NCBI RefSeq assembly: GCF_006345805.1
Contig: NW_021827154.1
Location: 1 to 11,200 of the forward strand
Length of the DNA stretch: 11,200 nt
Reading direction: 5' to 3'
Source: Octopus sinensis
Taxonomy: Eukaryota
Shown: positions 9,526 through 11,200 of the stretch, piece after piece
Numbering within the stretch: position 1 is the stretch's first letter
Layout: each line of letters starts with the position of its first letter
The notes under the pieces: generated by a model
Seen by the model: only the letters and a program-made list of their open reading frames with translations
The model's database searches: none
Told to the model about the DNA's origin: nothing
Program-made: the position numbers and the translations under genes

Positions 9526-10271
9526 GAGAATTCAATGGCTTAACACACATTAAAATAGCAACGCTTTCAATTTGCCAAGTTACACTTGAAGCATTCACTT
9601 TTCTTATTTCACTTTATACCAACAGCTGTATCGTTTTTATTAATTTTTAACAAAAGGATGGAACGAATATGAATTTTATAGGTTTCTTTTTAAATTTATT
9701 GTCAAGTTTTCAATAACCTGACACGTACAACAAAAGAAAATCATTTCATATTCTAAATGTCACTTTAAGCGTCGCCTTTTGTATACTTTAACTTTTAAGA
9801 CTGCGCACTGAAAGCTACTTCAATTTTTAATTTGGGTGCGGTAACAGACGAATAAATTGCAGCGAGTTGGAGAATACTAAAAATAACGTCGATGCGTAAA
9901 AAGGAGACGTCGTACGAATCAAAGTGAACGTGTCCGTTGCAGCTTACAAACTCACCAGTAAATATTAGAAAACAGAAATAAACAGAGAAATCACCTATAG
10001 AAGAGGCATTTTTAATGCAGCGGTATGTGGAAGGAAGTACAGATCGGATAGCGCAAAGACAAAACAAATAAATGGAACAACAGAAGCTTGAAACAATGGG
10101 AAAAAAATGGTCGCATTGAGCGCTTTAAATAGAAAAGTTGCAATCAACATCGCAGGATCTACAAAAATTCGCATTTCTAAACCGTTCACGGAGCTGAAAT
10201 ATATGAAAGTCACTCAACTAAGCTCACATTTCTTAACCGTTCAGGGATCGATGTGCCCGTAATATATATGG

Positions 10272-10469
10272 TCTTTTACTTGTTTGAGTCATTTGGCTGA
10301 GAGCACCGCCTTAAAGGAATTTTAGCTGAAGAAATCGACACCTGGACTTATTCTGGTATTTATTCTGTCAGTCATTTTTGCCGAATTGCTAAGTTACGGG
10401 GACGTAAACTTACCAACATCGGTTGTCGAGCGATAGTGGGGAGACAAACACAGACGCAAAGACACACAG

Positions 10470-10506
<37 letters not shown>

Positions 10507-10674
10507 CACACGATGGGCTTTTTACAGTTTCCGTCTAGCAAATCCACTCTCAAGGCTTTGGTCGGTCCGAGGCTATAGTAGAAGATACTTGCTGAAGGTG
10601 CCACGCAGTGGGACTGAACCCGGAACCATGTGGTTGGGAAGCAAGCTTCTCACCACACAGCCAAGCCTGTGCCT
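10272..10674 (-). mobile_element. Near full-length tRNA-derived SINE with CORE-like segment and internal (TG)n/(TA)n microsatellite, family B
   Basis: The minus strand begins AGGCACAGGCTTGGCTGTGTGGTGAGAAGC, with A box TGGCTGTGTGG (10653-10663) and B-box-like GGTTCAGTCCC (10610-10620). It continues GGCACCTTCAGCAAGT, resembling the MIR/CORE motif ACCTTGGGCAAGT. The internal microsatellite lies at 10445-10510, and the 3' end CAAATGACTCAAACAAGTAAAAGA matches my recollection of this octopus family. No adjacent TSD was found. Confidence 0.85.
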
Positions 10675-10760
10675 ACTCAACTTACACGTTACTCGACCTT
10701 ACTTTTTCTTGTTTTTTTGTTGTTTTTTTTTTTGTTTGTTTGCAGAGCGATCAATTCAAA

Positions 10761-10903
10761 GTTCTGAGTTCAAATTCCACCGTGGTCGACTTTGCCTTTC
10801 ATCCTTTCGGAGTCGATAATATAACTACCAGTTGAATAGTGCGGTCGATGTAACCGACATGCTGCTTGTTCGAAATTGTTGGTCTTGTGTCAAATTTGAA
10901 ATC
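10761..10903 (+). mobile_element. SINE family C fragment (starts at the B-box region)
   Basis: GTTCTGAGTTCAAATTCCACCGTGGTCGACTTTGCCTTTCATCCTTTCGGAGTCGATAATATAACTACCAG...GGTCGATGTAACCG...GAAATTGTTGGTCTTGTGTCAAATTTGAA, homologous to 2985-3115. Confidence 0.85.
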
Positions 10904-11094
10904 AGTGTAATAATAAAGAACCAAGATTATCGTTAAGAAGCGAATGATCAAGTTTAAAACCGTTACAAACTGCATAAATTATATTGGTAGCTGAAGAATT
11001 AAGCATGTAATCAAAGATGATGTAACAAGCATAAAACTAAAGATAGAAAAAAAAACCTAACAATATAGCAAACGACGATGGATAATAAAGTGTG

Positions 11095-11200
11095 GAAGCA
11101 CTCCGTCGGTTACGACGACGACGAGGGTTCCGGTTGATCCGAATCAACGGAACAGCCTGCTCGTGAAATTAACGTGTAAGTGGCTGAGCACTCCACAGAC
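11095..11200 (-). mobile_element. Second copy of SINE family A, 3' end only (cut by the window edge)
   Basis: The reverse complement of 11123-11197 is identical to 8947-9021 (75/75 nt). The tail is GTCGTCGTCGTAACCGACGGAGTGCTTC versus ATCGTCGTAACCGACGGAGCGCTTC in the other copy. Confidence 0.92.

Noticed and set aside
9900-9968. KGDVVRIK, a KOW-like motif
   Set aside because: It lies in a 22-codon stretch between stops with no plausible splice sites.
10212-10682. ACTCAACT direct repeat (10212-10219, 10675-10682) as a TSD of the family B SINE
   Set aside because: The left copy is about 50 nt away from the element's 3' end, so it does not abut the insertion.
8375-10819. Plus-strand chain AAAATGGAATAC|GTAAGT, a 19-nt exon at 9338-9356, and acceptor 10745, giving MEYNFSICNERSIQSS...
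   Set aside because: The product is 33 aa and mostly SINE-derived, and such splice motifs occur at chance frequency here.

Overview
Eukaryotic, AT-rich, essentially non-coding (intronic or intergenic) DNA. About 30% of the window (rough manual tally) is di-, tri- and tetranucleotide microsatellite. It also carries several copies of at least three tRNA-derived SINE families whose sequences match my recollection of octopus (coleoid cephalopod) SINEs of the OK/OR1/OR2 type; the taxon and family names are inferred, not database-checked. I cannot assign any protein-coding gene, true tRNA or rRNA, CRISPR array or prokaryotic feature. Almost all ORFs in the supplied track are microsatellite read-through. 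Best-supported observations: (i) a full-length SINE with a 13-bp target-site duplication, paired with an inverted, near-identical copy about 2 kb away; (ii) a 136-bp chimeric block inside an (AAT)n array, built from exact copies of two other nearby loci (assembly artefact or template switching); (iii) a small MITE-like insert in a (TA)n array; (iv) a few weak candidate exons. I found no convincing novel biological system.
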